64,000 bases of DNA from contig QHUM01000043.1 of the NCBI GenBank assembly GCA_003222135.1, positions 18,379-82,378 on the forward strand, given 5' to 3'. Shown piece after piece: positions 8,568 through 17,259 of the stretch. This stretch comes from Gemmatimonadota bacterium. GTDB lineage: Bacteria > Gemmatimonadota > Gemmatimonadetes > Gemmatimonadales > GWC2-71-9. The notes under the pieces are model-generated. The model made no database searches and was not told the origin of the DNA. It saw nothing but the letters and a program-made list of their open reading frames with translations. A program made the position numbers and the translations under genes. The first letter of the stretch is position 1; each line of letters starts with the position of its first letter.

Positions 8568-9102
8568 GCGCCGCGACGAGAGAATCGGCGATCGCGTGCC
8601 CCGCGTGGGTCTTCGGCACGACTAACTCGAGATCGCGCTCGGTGCGGGACGGGTCGTAGCGCGGCCGCGAGACGGTCTCCACGGTAAGCTGCGTCTGTCC
8701 CGGCACGTAAGGATCTGCCCAGCAGCGAATCTTCACCGTGGCGGCGAGGTCGGGGACGTCTCCGGCGCCCCGAAATGACCGGCGGGATCGCGTGTCATAC
8801 CAGGCCGTCTCCACATACCCGTCGCGCACGTTCACCCGCTCGACCTGCAGGCTTTCCGCCGCGACCAGTGTTGCGATCTCGGGCGTCACCCGCCCCGGGG
8901 GGGCATCGAGCACCAGCCGCGCGGCCTGCGGGTCCGGCAGGAAGTCGGGTCGCGTGGTGGCGGGAGTGCAGGCGACTAGAAAAAGACAAATACAATTGCG
9001 GATTGCGGATTTCGGATTGCGGATTGAGATGGGGCGGTCGTGGTGCACCCGGACGCCAGCGTTTCCAATCCGGAATCCGCAATCGACAATCCGCAATCGC
9101 AT
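8521..9102 (-). CDS. Hypothetical lipoprotein whose signal peptide contains repeat-derived sequence
   Basis: Lipobox LVAC. ATG at 9102 overlaps the upstream TGA by 1 nt. The N-terminus is encoded by the heptamer arrays at 8994-9100. Confidence 0.6.
   Translation of the reverse strand: MRLRIVDCGFRIGNAGVRVHHDRPISIRNPKSAIRNCICLFLVACTPATTRPDFLPDPQAARLVLDAPPGRVTPEIATLVAAESLQVERVNVRDGYVETAWYDTRSRRSFRGAGDVPDLAATVKIRCWADPYVPGQTQLTVETVSRPRYDPSRTERDLELVVPKTHAGHAIADSLVAALKKRFGTPNSSPTAP
8994..9100. repeat. Inverted pair of heptamer arrays, (GATTGCG)x5 ... (CAATCCG)x5
   Basis: Left arm 8994-9028 and right arm 9066-9100, both imperfect, separated by a 37-bp spacer. Confidence 0.9.
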
Positions 9103-9686
9103 CAGTGTTTATGCGGCGGCGTGCCGGGGGGATGCGTATGGCCGGCGGGCTTCGCCGTGTCGGTGGGCGCTGCGTGCTCGTCCTCGTCCGCCTCGCCGGG
9201 GTGATGGTGGTGTCCGAGCTCGCGGTCGCGCATCTCGGTCTGCATCGTGGCGGCCGGAATCCCCGCCGCGTGGTCGAACACGAGCTTCCCGCCGATCCGC
9301 GCCGTCCAGACGATGCCGACCAGCCCCGCGAGGCTGAGCAGGCGCAGCGCCGTCTCCTCCACGCCGCCGAGTCGAGCGCGGCGCAGCAGCCGCCACGCCA
9401 GCACGACCGTGAAGATGCCCATCGTGACCAGCGCGAGCGTCTCGTGGGTTTCCATCAGCTCGTGGATCGCCTCGCCGTGCTCGATGACGTCTTCGGCTTC
9501 GAGTCCCGCGACCACGGCCACCCAGCCGCCGATCACGCCGGCCCACAGGGTCCAGAGCGCGGCCGCCTGAAGCGAGGCGCGTTTGGTGAGCCACGCGGCG
9601 ACATCGAACAGCACCGTCACGAGCAGCAAGGCGGCGGGGAGGTCGTTTACCGCCGCGTGGAAGCGGGGCCAGTCGTAGCCGAACAT
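9102..9686 (-). CDS. DUF2231-like membrane protein with His-rich C-terminal tail
   Basis: HAAVNDLP, four TM segments, AGLEAED, METHETLAL, GGKLVFDHAAG, tail HHHHPGE...HTHPPGTPPHKH. Confidence 0.7.
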   Translation of the reverse strand: MFGYDWPRFHAAVNDLPAALLLVTVLFDVAAWLTKRASLQAAALWTLWAGVIGGWVAVVAGLEAEDVIEHGEAIHELMETHETLALVTMGIFTVVLAWRLLRRARLGGVEETALRLLSLAGLVGIVWTARIGGKLVFDHAAGIPAATMQTEMRDRELGHHHHPGEADEDEHAAPTDTAKPAGHTHPPGTPPHKH

Positions 9687-9713
9687 TCCAATCCTCTGGT
9701 CGGTGGTGGAGCG

Positions 9714-10601
9714 TCAGATGCCGAGGTCGACGAGCGTGGGCGGATCGGCGGAGTAGTCGTAGAACCCCTTGCCACTCTTGCGGCCGTTCAGGCCGGCGAT
9801 CACCATGCGCTTGAGCAGGGGCGGCGGCGCGTACCGCTGCTCCCGGTACTCGGCGAACATGATCTCGGCGATTTTGTAGGTCGTGTCGAGCCCCACGAAG
9901 TCGAGTAGGGTGAGCGGGCCCATCGGATAGCCGCAGCCGAGCTGCATGGCCTTGTCGATATCGGGCACGCTCGCGACCCCGTGCTCGACGGCGCGGATGG
10001 CATCGAGCAGATACGGGACGAGCAGCAGGTTCACGATGAAGCCGGAGTTGTCCTTCGCGGCGACGGGCTCCTTGCCGAGGGACCTCGCGAACGCGAAGGC
10101 GCGACGGAACGTCTCGGCCGAGGTCGTCACGGTGCGCACCACCTCGACGAGCGGCATCAGCGGCACCGGGTTGAAGAAGTGCAGGCCGACGAAGCGATCG
10201 CCGCGCTTGGTCGCGGCCGCCATCGCCGCGATCGTGAGGCTGGATGTATTGGACGCGAAGATCGTTGCCGGACCGCTCAGCCCGTCGAGCTCCTGGAAGA
10301 GCGCGTTCTTGAGCGCCAAGTCCTCCGTGACTGCCTCGATGACGATGTCGCAGGCTTTCAGGTCAGTAGTCGCCGTGGTGAAGCTGAGGCGCTTGAGCGC
10401 GGCCTCGCGGTTCGCGGCCGGAAGCTTCCCCTTCTCCACGAGCTTAGCGAGCGACTTCTCGATGCCGGCCCGTGCGCGGTCCCAGATTTCCTTCGAGACG
10501 TCGCGCACGACGGTGTCGTAGCCCGCGGTCGCGGCGACCTGCGCGATCCCGCTGCCCATCAAACCGCAGCCCAGCACGCCTACCCGCTTGATCTCGGTCA
10601 T
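9714..10601 (-). CDS. hbd: 3-hydroxybutyryl-CoA / 3-hydroxyacyl-CoA dehydrogenase
   Basis: GCGLMGSGIAQ, IEAVTED, FASNTSSL, GLHFFNP, GYPMGP, GRKSGKGFY. Confidence 0.9.
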   Translation of the reverse strand: MTEIKRVGVLGCGLMGSGIAQVAATAGYDTVVRDVSKEIWDRARAGIEKSLAKLVEKGKLPAANREAALKRLSFTTATTDLKACDIVIEAVTEDLALKNALFQELDGLSGPATIFASNTSSLTIAAMAAATKRGDRFVGLHFFNPVPLMPLVEVVRTVTTSAETFRRAFAFARSLGKEPVAAKDNSGFIVNLLLVPYLLDAIRAVEHGVASVPDIDKAMQLGCGYPMGPLTLLDFVGLDTTYKIAEIMFAEYREQRYAPPPLLKRMVIAGLNGRKSGKGFYDYSADPPTLVDLGI

Positions 10602-10625
10602 GGCGCCCCGCGTGTGCTCGGTGGT

Positions 10626-11468
10626 CTAGGTGCGGGGCCGTGCCCCGGGGATGTCGAAGGCCTTTCGCAATTCTTCCGCGATGCGCGCGAGGGCGTTGAC
10701 CCGTGGGCCCGGAAGGGCGTGCTCGGGTCGGATTTCGCCGCGCTCGAGGCGATCGAGCACCTGCTCGAGGCCCACCTGAATCCGCTCGTTCTGGGCACGG
10801 TGGCGGCGGGCGACGAGGATCGCGGCGATCCCGAGCACCGCTCCGGTGGCGAACAAGATGGGTGAGATCAGCGCGATCGGCACGACGGCGCCCAGGGCCA
10901 CCGCCGCAGTCGCCATCGCGGCGAGCGCGCCCGCACCGGTGAGGTGCGCCCGGCGCAGGTTCTGCACGTTCGCCACGAGCTGCACGTGACAGAAGCCCGG
11001 CTCCAGCTGGGTCACTCGGCCCGCCACTTCCGCCGGACGGGCCAGGGCGTAGGACTTGCCCTTGGCGCCGAGCGCCCGCTGGATCGACGCGAACGCCCCC
11101 ACCTTGGGCTCCCAGCTGGTGCGGTCGGCGTGGCGGCGCTTCACCTGGAGCAGCTCCTCGTCCTCCATCCAGGCGCCCAGCGCCTTCAGGATCGCGGCGT
11201 GCGCGCCCGGAACCACGCGGGCGGCGGAGAGCCGCGGCGGTCCCGCGAGCCAGGCGAGGGCGCCCCGCCCCTGCTCCACGACGCTGCGGGTCTGCTCTTC
11301 GAGCAGTGCCTGCTGCAGGTAGCGCGTGGGGATGCCGACGTCCTGCCCCAGCGCGAGCAGCTCGTTCTTGGTCAGCCCGTCGCCGATGTCGCGCTCCGCC
11401 GCCTGGAGCTCGGCGGCGCGTTGGATGATCCGCTCGAGCGCCTCGCGGCTGATGAGCTCCGCGGACAT
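10626..11468 (-). CDS. Conserved hypothetical membrane protein
   Basis: ORF in a tightly packed operon. Helical N-terminus (IIQRAAELQ) and two C-terminal TM helices. Confidence 0.6.
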   Translation of the reverse strand: MSAELISREALERIIQRAAELQAAERDIGDGLTKNELLALGQDVGIPTRYLQQALLEEQTRSVVEQGRGALAWLAGPPRLSAARVVPGAHAAILKALGAWMEDEELLQVKRRHADRTSWEPKVGAFASIQRALGAKGKSYALARPAEVAGRVTQLEPGFCHVQLVANVQNLRRAHLTGAGALAAMATAAVALGAVVPIALISPILFATGAVLGIAAILVARRHRAQNERIQVGLEQVLDRLERGEIRPEHALPGPRVNALARIAEELRKAFDIPGARPRT

Positions 11469-11470
11469 CG

Positions 11471-12301
11471 TTACGCCTGGACCTTGCTCTTCTCGGGAGC
11501 GGCCGGGAGCGTCTCGCTCGAAGTCCGCTCCGGCAGCGCCGGGGGCGTCGCCCGCTTGGTTACCGAGTCGAAGAGTCCCTTCAAAAAATCGATCGGGATC
11601 GGGAAGAACGTCGTGGAGTTGTTTTCCGAAGAGATCTCAGTCACGGTCTGCAGGTAGCGCAGCTGGATTGCGGCGGGCTCCGAGCCGATGATGCGCGCCG
11701 CCTGCGCGAGCTTCTCCGAGGCCTGGAGCTCCCCTTCGGCGTTGATGATCTTCGCCCGGCGCTCGCGCTCCGCTTCCGCCTGCCGCGCCATCGCGCGCTT
11801 CATCTCGGGGGGCAGATCCACGTCCTTCACCTCCACCGCCGTGACCTCGATCCCCCAATTCTCGGTGCGCTTGTCGATGATGTTCTTCAGGATGTTGTTG
11901 ATCTTCTCGCGGTTCATCAGCAGCTCGTCGAGCTCCGTCTCGCCCAGCACCGAGCGCAGCGTCGTCTGGGCGAGCTGGCTCGTGGCGTAGATGTAGTTCT
12001 CCACCCCGATCACCGCCTTTACGGGGTCACGGACGAGCATGTACAGGACCGCGTTCACCTTGATGGAGATGTTGTCGCGCGTGATCACGTCCTGCGGCGG
12101 GATGTCCAGCGCGACGACGCGCAGGCTGACGGTCTGCGTCTTCGCGAACAGGGGCGGCACGTAGATCAGGCCCGGCCCCTTCGCGCCCCAGGAGCGGCCC
12201 AGAAAGAAATACACCGCGCGCTCGTACTCCCGTAGTACCTTGAGACCTCCGAACAGGTACAGCGCCAGCACGCCGAGGACGGCCGTCACGATTACGTCCA
12301 T
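11471..12301 (-). CDS. SPFH/band 7 (slipin/stomatin) protein
   Basis: N-terminal [45 protein letters not shown]. Confidence 0.93.
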   Translation of the reverse strand: MDVIVTAVLGVLALYLFGGLKVLREYERAVYFFLGRSWGAKGPGLIYVPPLFAKTQTVSLRVVALDIPPQDVITRDNISIKVNAVLYMLVRDPVKAVIGVENYIYATSQLAQTTLRSVLGETELDELLMNREKINNILKNIIDKRTENWGIEVTAVEVKDVDLPPEMKRAMARQAEAERERRAKIINAEGELQASEKLAQAARIIGSEPAAIQLRYLQTVTEISSENNSTTFFPIPIDFLKGLFDSVTKRATPPALPERTSSETLPAAPEKSKVQA

Positions 12302-12314
12302 CGAGAGCTCCTCC

Positions 12315-13520
12315 TCAGGCCGGGAAGGCTTCCACGATCACCGCCGCTCCCTGGCCGCCACCGATGCAGGCCGAGCCCAGGCCGAAACGCTGGTTACGCC
12401 GCCGCAGGGCGTGGAGCAGGTGGATGGTGATGCGCGTGCCGGTCGCAGCCAGCGGGTGGCCGATCGCGACGGCGCCGCCGTCCACGTTGGTCTTGGCGCG
12501 GTCGAGCCCCAGCTCCTTCTCGACCGCGAGGTACTGGGGCGCGAACGCCTCGTTCACTTCGATCAGGTCGAGCTGCTCGAGCTTCATCCCGGCCTTCTGG
12601 AGCGCCTTGCGGGCCGCGGGCGCGGGACCGATGCCCATGTACTTCGGCTCGACGCCCGCGACAGCCCACGCCACGAGCCGGCCCAGAGGCTTCAAGCCGT
12701 GCGTCCTGGCGAAATCCTCGCCTGCGATAACGGTGGCCGCCGCGCCGTCCACGATCCCGGACGCGTTGCCGGCGGTCACGAGTCCGTCCTTCTTGAAGTA
12801 CGGCTTCAGGCCGAGCAATACCTGCAGCGTCGTTTCCGGTCGCATGTGCTCGTCCTTGCGGTACTCGACGATCTGTCCCTTCTGCTTGATGGGAACCGGG
12901 ATCACTTCGTCCTGGAAGACGCAGGCATCCCACGCTTGTTTGGCGCGCTGCTGTGACGCGAGCGCGACCTCGTCCACTTCCTTGCGCGTGAGCTTGTACC
13001 GCTCGGCCAGATTCTCCGCCGTCTCGGCCATGGAGAGTCCGCACTGTGGGTCCTTGAGCGCCTCCCATAAGAGGTCCTCGAGCGGGGCGGCGGGGCCGAG
13101 CCGCAACCCCCACCGGGCGCCGCGCACCACGTGGGGCGCCTGGCTCATCGATTCGGTCCCGCCGGCCAACACCGCGTTCGCCTCGCCCAGCAGGATGAGC
13201 TGCGCGCCCTGCGTGATCGCCTCGAAGCCCGAGCCGCACAGCCGGTTGACCGTCACGGCGGGCACCTCGATCGGGAGGCCCGCCTTGAGCCCGATGTGGC
13301 GGGCGCAGTAGATCGCGTCCGCCGAGGTCTGGAGCGCGTTGCCGAAGACCGTGTGGCCCACCTCGGCCGCCGGCACGCCCGAGCGCTGCAACGCGTGTTG
13401 CGCCGCGACCGCGCCGAGCTCGATCGCCGAGAGGTCCTTGAGCGAGCCGCCGAACCCGCCGAACCCGGTCCGGACACCGGAGAGGAAGACTACGTCTCTA
13501 TTGGAACCCTGGGTTTTCAT
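12315..13520 (-). CDS. Acetyl-CoA C-acyltransferase (thiolase)
   Basis: [27 protein letters not shown]. Confidence 0.93.
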   Translation of the reverse strand: MKTQGSNRDVVFLSGVRTGFGGFGGSLKDLSAIELGAVAAQHALQRSGVPAAEVGHTVFGNALQTSADAIYCARHIGLKAGLPIEVPAVTVNRLCGSGFEAITQGAQLILLGEANAVLAGGTESMSQAPHVVRGARWGLRLGPAAPLEDLLWEALKDPQCGLSMAETAENLAERYKLTRKEVDEVALASQQRAKQAWDACVFQDEVIPVPIKQKGQIVEYRKDEHMRPETTLQVLLGLKPYFKKDGLVTAGNASGIVDGAAATVIAGEDFARTHGLKPLGRLVAWAVAGVEPKYMGIGPAPAARKALQKAGMKLEQLDLIEVNEAFAPQYLAVEKELGLDRAKTNVDGGAVAIGHPLAATGTRITIHLLHALRRRNQRFGLGSACIGGGQGAAVIVEAFPA

Positions 13521-13592
13521 GGGGGGAAGCTCCGCGTGAGTACTCTCAGACCGCGGAATATGGGCGCCAGGGCTGCTACGCGGTAGGCCGGT

Positions 13593-13633
13593 AACACGAA
13601 GCGGGAGAGACGGATATGCGCCGTCCCTCCCGC
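13593..13633 (-). terminator. Intrinsic terminator after the beta-propeller genes
   Basis: 13-bp stem GCGGGAGGGACGG/CCGTCTCTCCCGC with one G-U pair (only on the minus-strand RNA), followed by UUCGUGUU. Confidence 0.7.
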
Positions 13634-13654
13634 CCTAGCCCTGCGCTCAACGGC

Positions 13655-15676
13655 TCAGTGGATGAAGCTGACCCAGCCCATCTCGTTCGCGACGATCGCG
13701 TGGGTGCCGCTTGCAGTGAACCCGATGTAGCGCGCGTTCCCCCCGGTGCGGACGGAATCACGCAGCGCGCGCGTCGCGCGGTCGAGCACGTACACCTTGC
13801 CGTCCGCCAGCGTGCTCACGTACAGCTGGGCGTTGTCCGGCGTGACGGCGACGTCGAAGGCATTACGGACCCGCCCGCTGCCGATCGCGTACTCGAGGAA
13901 CGTCGCGCTCCCTGATGGCAGGTCGCGCGCCAGGAGCTTGCTGCGCTCGATGTCTGTGGCGAACAGGACGGAGCCGTCGCGCGAAACGGCGACGTTCTGG
14001 ATGCGGGCGCCCGTCACGACATCCGTGTGGACGATCCTGTTGTTGCGCAGATCCACGGTGCGGATCGTTCCCTCGTCTCGCGCCGCGACGTACATACACG
14101 GTGCGAAGGGATGGAAGGCGACGCCCGTGAGGATCATGCCGGCGGTCGGGATCTGCGCCACCACCTGGCCCGTAGCGGTGTCGATCACGTACACGCCATA
14201 GTAATCGGTGAGCGCGTACAGCCGGCTGCCGTCCGGCGACAGGCCGGTCGTGAGGATGCTGCCTTCCGGCACGGTGGCAGTGCCGAACGCCTGATTGGTC
14301 GCCACGTTGATAAACGTGACGGTGCCCGCGTCCTGGTCGCTCACGTACGCCGTCCGGCCGTCGGGGCTCATGCGGACCTGCGACGGCAGGTCCCCTACCG
14401 GGAACGGCGCCGAGAACGTGGTCGAGGGGAGGTCGGCGCGCACCGCGGAGGCGGCATGCGCCTGAGTGACATAGACCACACCCGACGGCGACACGGCGAC
14501 GGCGAACGGCGTACCGTCCAGGGCCACCGAGTCCACCGACGCGAGGCCGGGATGGCCGAGCCCTCTCGGGGCCGTGCCGACGGGGGGTCGCAGGCACACG
14601 GGTGACCCCGCGTACGGATCCTCATACACGAAGTCCACCCACCCCATCTCGTTGGCGATGACGGCGTGCGTCCCCGTCCGGCTGAAGCCGATGTACCGGG
14701 CGCTCCCTCCGGTCATGATGGAGTCGAGCACGGCGCGCGTCGCCCGATCGAGCACGTACACCTTGCCGTCCGCCAACGTGCTCACGTACACCTGGGTGTT
14801 GTCGGGCGTGACGGCCACGTCGAACGCGTTGCGGACTCGCCCGCTCCCGATGGCGTACTCGAGGAAGGCCGAGCCCTGCGCCGTGAGGTCGCGCACCAGC
14901 AGCTTGCTGCGCTGGATGTCCGTCGCGAACAGCTGCCCGCCGTCCAAAGAGACGGCCACGTTCTGGATCCGGGCGCCGGGCACGGTGTCCGTGTGGATGA
15001 CGCTGTCGTTGCGCAGATCCACCGTTCGGATCGTCCCTTCGTCGCGCGCCGCGATGTACATGCAGGGCGCGAACGGATGGAACGCCACGCCCGTGAGCAG
15101 GCGTCCCGTGGCGCTGCCGGGAATCGAATCGATTACCTGGCGCGTGGCGGTGTTGATGACGTACACGCCGAAGTAATCGGTCAGCGCGTAGAGGCGGTCG
15201 CCTTCCGGCGACAGCCCGAGCGTGAGGATACTGCCGGCCGGCACGGGGATGGCCGCGACCGCCTGGTTGGTCGCCACGTCGACGAGCGTCACCGTGTGCG
15301 AGTCTTGGTTGCCCACGTACGCCGTCTTGCCGTTGGGATGGATGCGAACCTGCGACGGGAGGTCCCCGACGGCGAACGATGTCGAGAGCATGGTGGACGG
15401 GAGGTCGGCGCGCACCGCAGATCCCGCGAGGCCTTGCGTGACGTAGACGACGCCCTTCGCTGACACCGCGACCGCGAAGGGCATGCCCGCAAGGGGCATG
15501 GTCGTGTGGCCGGTGAGAGCGGGGTGGCCGCGGCCGGTCGGCGCGGCGCCCACGGGTGGCTGCTCGCAGCGCGCCCAGGACGCGAGCAAGGACGTGAACT
15601 GGTCGTTCGCTGTCGGCGAGTTGCAGGCGGCGAGGACGAGGGAAGGCACACCCACTAAGGCCACACGACGAAGCAT
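13655..15676 (-). CDS. Lipoprotein with two tandem YVTN/YncE-type beta-propeller domains
   Basis: Signal peptide MLRRVALVGVPSLVLAAC (lipobox). Two units of about 324 aa, each starting C..PPVG.AP.G.GHP and ending ANEMGWV.F. Confidence 0.85.
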   Translation of the reverse strand: MLRRVALVGVPSLVLAACNSPTANDQFTSLLASWARCEQPPVGAAPTGRGHPALTGHTTMPLAGMPFAVAVSAKGVVYVTQGLAGSAVRADLPSTMLSTSFAVGDLPSQVRIHPNGKTAYVGNQDSHTVTLVDVATNQAVAAIPVPAGSILTLGLSPEGDRLYALTDYFGVYVINTATRQVIDSIPGSATGRLLTGVAFHPFAPCMYIAARDEGTIRTVDLRNDSVIHTDTVPGARIQNVAVSLDGGQLFATDIQRSKLLVRDLTAQGSAFLEYAIGSGRVRNAFDVAVTPDNTQVYVSTLADGKVYVLDRATRAVLDSIMTGGSARYIGFSRTGTHAVIANEMGWVDFVYEDPYAGSPVCLRPPVGTAPRGLGHPGLASVDSVALDGTPFAVAVSPSGVVYVTQAHAASAVRADLPSTTFSAPFPVGDLPSQVRMSPDGRTAYVSDQDAGTVTFINVATNQAFGTATVPEGSILTTGLSPDGSRLYALTDYYGVYVIDTATGQVVAQIPTAGMILTGVAFHPFAPCMYVAARDEGTIRTVDLRNNRIVHTDVVTGARIQNVAVSRDGSVLFATDIERSKLLARDLPSGSATFLEYAIGSGRVRNAFDVAVTPDNAQLYVSTLADGKVYVLDRATRALRDSVRTGGNARYIGFTASGTHAIVANEMGWVSFIH

Positions 15677-15763
15677 GTTACAATTTGTCCTGCGGTGGGG
15701 CGTCACGAGAAGGACGGCGAGCCAGGAGTCATGTGGCGTGCGCGCAACAGACGAGACGTCGCG

Positions 15764-17179
15764 TTACCGGACTAGATCGACCCAGCCAGCCTCGTTGGCA
15801 ATCAGCGCGGTCCGCCCGCTGGCATCGAAGGCGATGCGACGCGGCTTGCCGCCCGTGCGTAGACTGCCGTAGACACGCAGTGTGGGGCGGTCGATCTGCA
15901 CAACCCGCCCTGCGAACAGCAAGCCCACGTATATCACCGCCTCGTCGGGGCTGACCGCCAGACTCAGCGCTGCGGTGCCGAATTGCACCCTCGCGAGTGG
16001 GCGACCGGTCGGCAGGTGGATGGCGTCGAGCCACCCCGCCTCATTGGCGGCGTACAGCGTCAGGCCGTCGGCCGACACGGCCACATCCTGTGCCACACCA
16101 CCTACTGTGAACCGACGGGTTATCTGCAGGGTCCGTGTGTCTACCTCGAGGATGAGCCCCACCTTCCATGTGGGGACATAGACCCAGCGACCGGATGGGT
16201 GCACGGCGAGCCCCGTGCACACCTGGGCGACCGGCATGGACGCTACCACGCGTCCCGCGTCGATCGAGATCGCGCACAGCCGATCCAGGTTGGTCACGCT
16301 GTACAGCTTGCGACCGTCGGGCGAGAGCGCCGCGCCGAGCGGGTGTCCCGGGACGGGAATGGTCCCGGTCTGCCGGGTATGGGAGAGGTCGATGACCGCG
16401 ACCTCTTCCGCGAACTGATTAGTGACATACGCTACGCGGCTCGACGAGCTCAAGACGATTGCCGTGGGAGCGCTTCCCGTGGCGATGGAGCCGGTGACGC
16501 GGAACGGTGCGAGCGCGAGGCACTCGACTGCCGCTGCGTGCAGGCGCGTGAGATAGGCCGTGCCGTCCGCCGCGATAGCCACGTCGAATGGGCTGCCGCC
16601 GACGGGCAGCCGCTCCGAGAGAACGGCGGCGGGATGCCCGGGCCGAGCGCGCCGCGGTTCTGCCCATCCGGGCTCGCACCGCGCCCAGCCGAGCCGTTCC
16701 CGCGCCGCTGCTGCATCGGCCCCAGCGGAGGCGCGGGCCTGCGCCCCGGCGCGCGGCCGAGGCGTCGAGAAGGGATCCCGACACCGTTCGCGAAATCGCG
16801 CCAGCAGCGCCGCGAGCCCGGCGCGCCGGACCTGGGACCAGCGTAATCCGGTCACCCGCTGCACCAGGCGGTATGCCACCGCCGGATCCAGCTGCTCGCG
16901 CCGCGCCAGCTCGAGTAGGGAGCGGTCGCCCGCTTCCGCTTCGAGCATCCAGTACAGGACCCGAGCCCATCCAGCCAGCTGCTCGAGCGGGGGAAGGCCG
17001 TCGCGCCGCAAGCCGCGGGCGAGTTGATGGCGGTCCCGCAGCCCGACCCAGGCGGCGATCTCGCCAGCCGATGATGCATGCCCGTTGCAGCAGGCGAGGG
17101 CACTCACCACGGCTCGGCTCGTGGCTGACAGCGGCGGCAACGCCGTCTGGAGCACGTTGGTGAGGCGCAGCGGGGGCAT
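15764..17179 (-). CDS. AraC-like HTH fused to a C-terminal YVTN/YncE beta-propeller
   Basis: N-terminal EIAAWVG..RHQLARGL..G...R.....SLLELA...DP...RLVQRVTG fits the AraC two-HTH spacing. Then a low-complexity linker and a propeller, GHP..PFDVA...IANEAGWV. No signal peptide. Confidence 0.7.
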   Translation of the reverse strand: MPPLRLTNVLQTALPPLSATSRAVVSALACCNGHASSAGEIAAWVGLRDRHQLARGLRRDGLPPLEQLAGWARVLYWMLEAEAGDRSLLELARREQLDPAVAYRLVQRVTGLRWSQVRRAGLAALLARFRERCRDPFSTPRPRAGAQARASAGADAAAARERLGWARCEPGWAEPRRARPGHPAAVLSERLPVGGSPFDVAIAADGTAYLTRLHAAAVECLALAPFRVTGSIATGSAPTAIVLSSSSRVAYVTNQFAEEVAVIDLSHTRQTGTIPVPGHPLGAALSPDGRKLYSVTNLDRLCAISIDAGRVVASMPVAQVCTGLAVHPSGRWVYVPTWKVGLILEVDTRTLQITRRFTVGGVAQDVAVSADGLTLYAANEAGWLDAIHLPTGRPLARVQFGTAALSLAVSPDEAVIYVGLLFAGRVVQIDRPTLRVYGSLRTGGKPRRIAFDASGRTALIANEAGWVDLVR

Positions 17180-17188
17180 CGATCAGTC

Positions 17189-17223
17189 CTTGCAGCCTGG
17201 TGTCAGAGCCAACGGGCTGCAAG
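17189..17223. promoter_or_regulatory. Inverted repeat CTTGCAGCC-N17-GGCTGCAAG, candidate operator
   Basis: Perfect 9-bp arms, 9 nt upstream of the HTH-propeller start codon. No U-tract on either side. Confidence 0.45.
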
Positions 17224-17259
17224 AAGTGCACCCGAACTTACGAAATGGCAAGACCCGTC

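Noticed and set aside
8994-9100. Repeat arrays as a CRISPR array
   Set aside because: The units are 7 bp in tandem with no unique spacers, and there are no cas genes.
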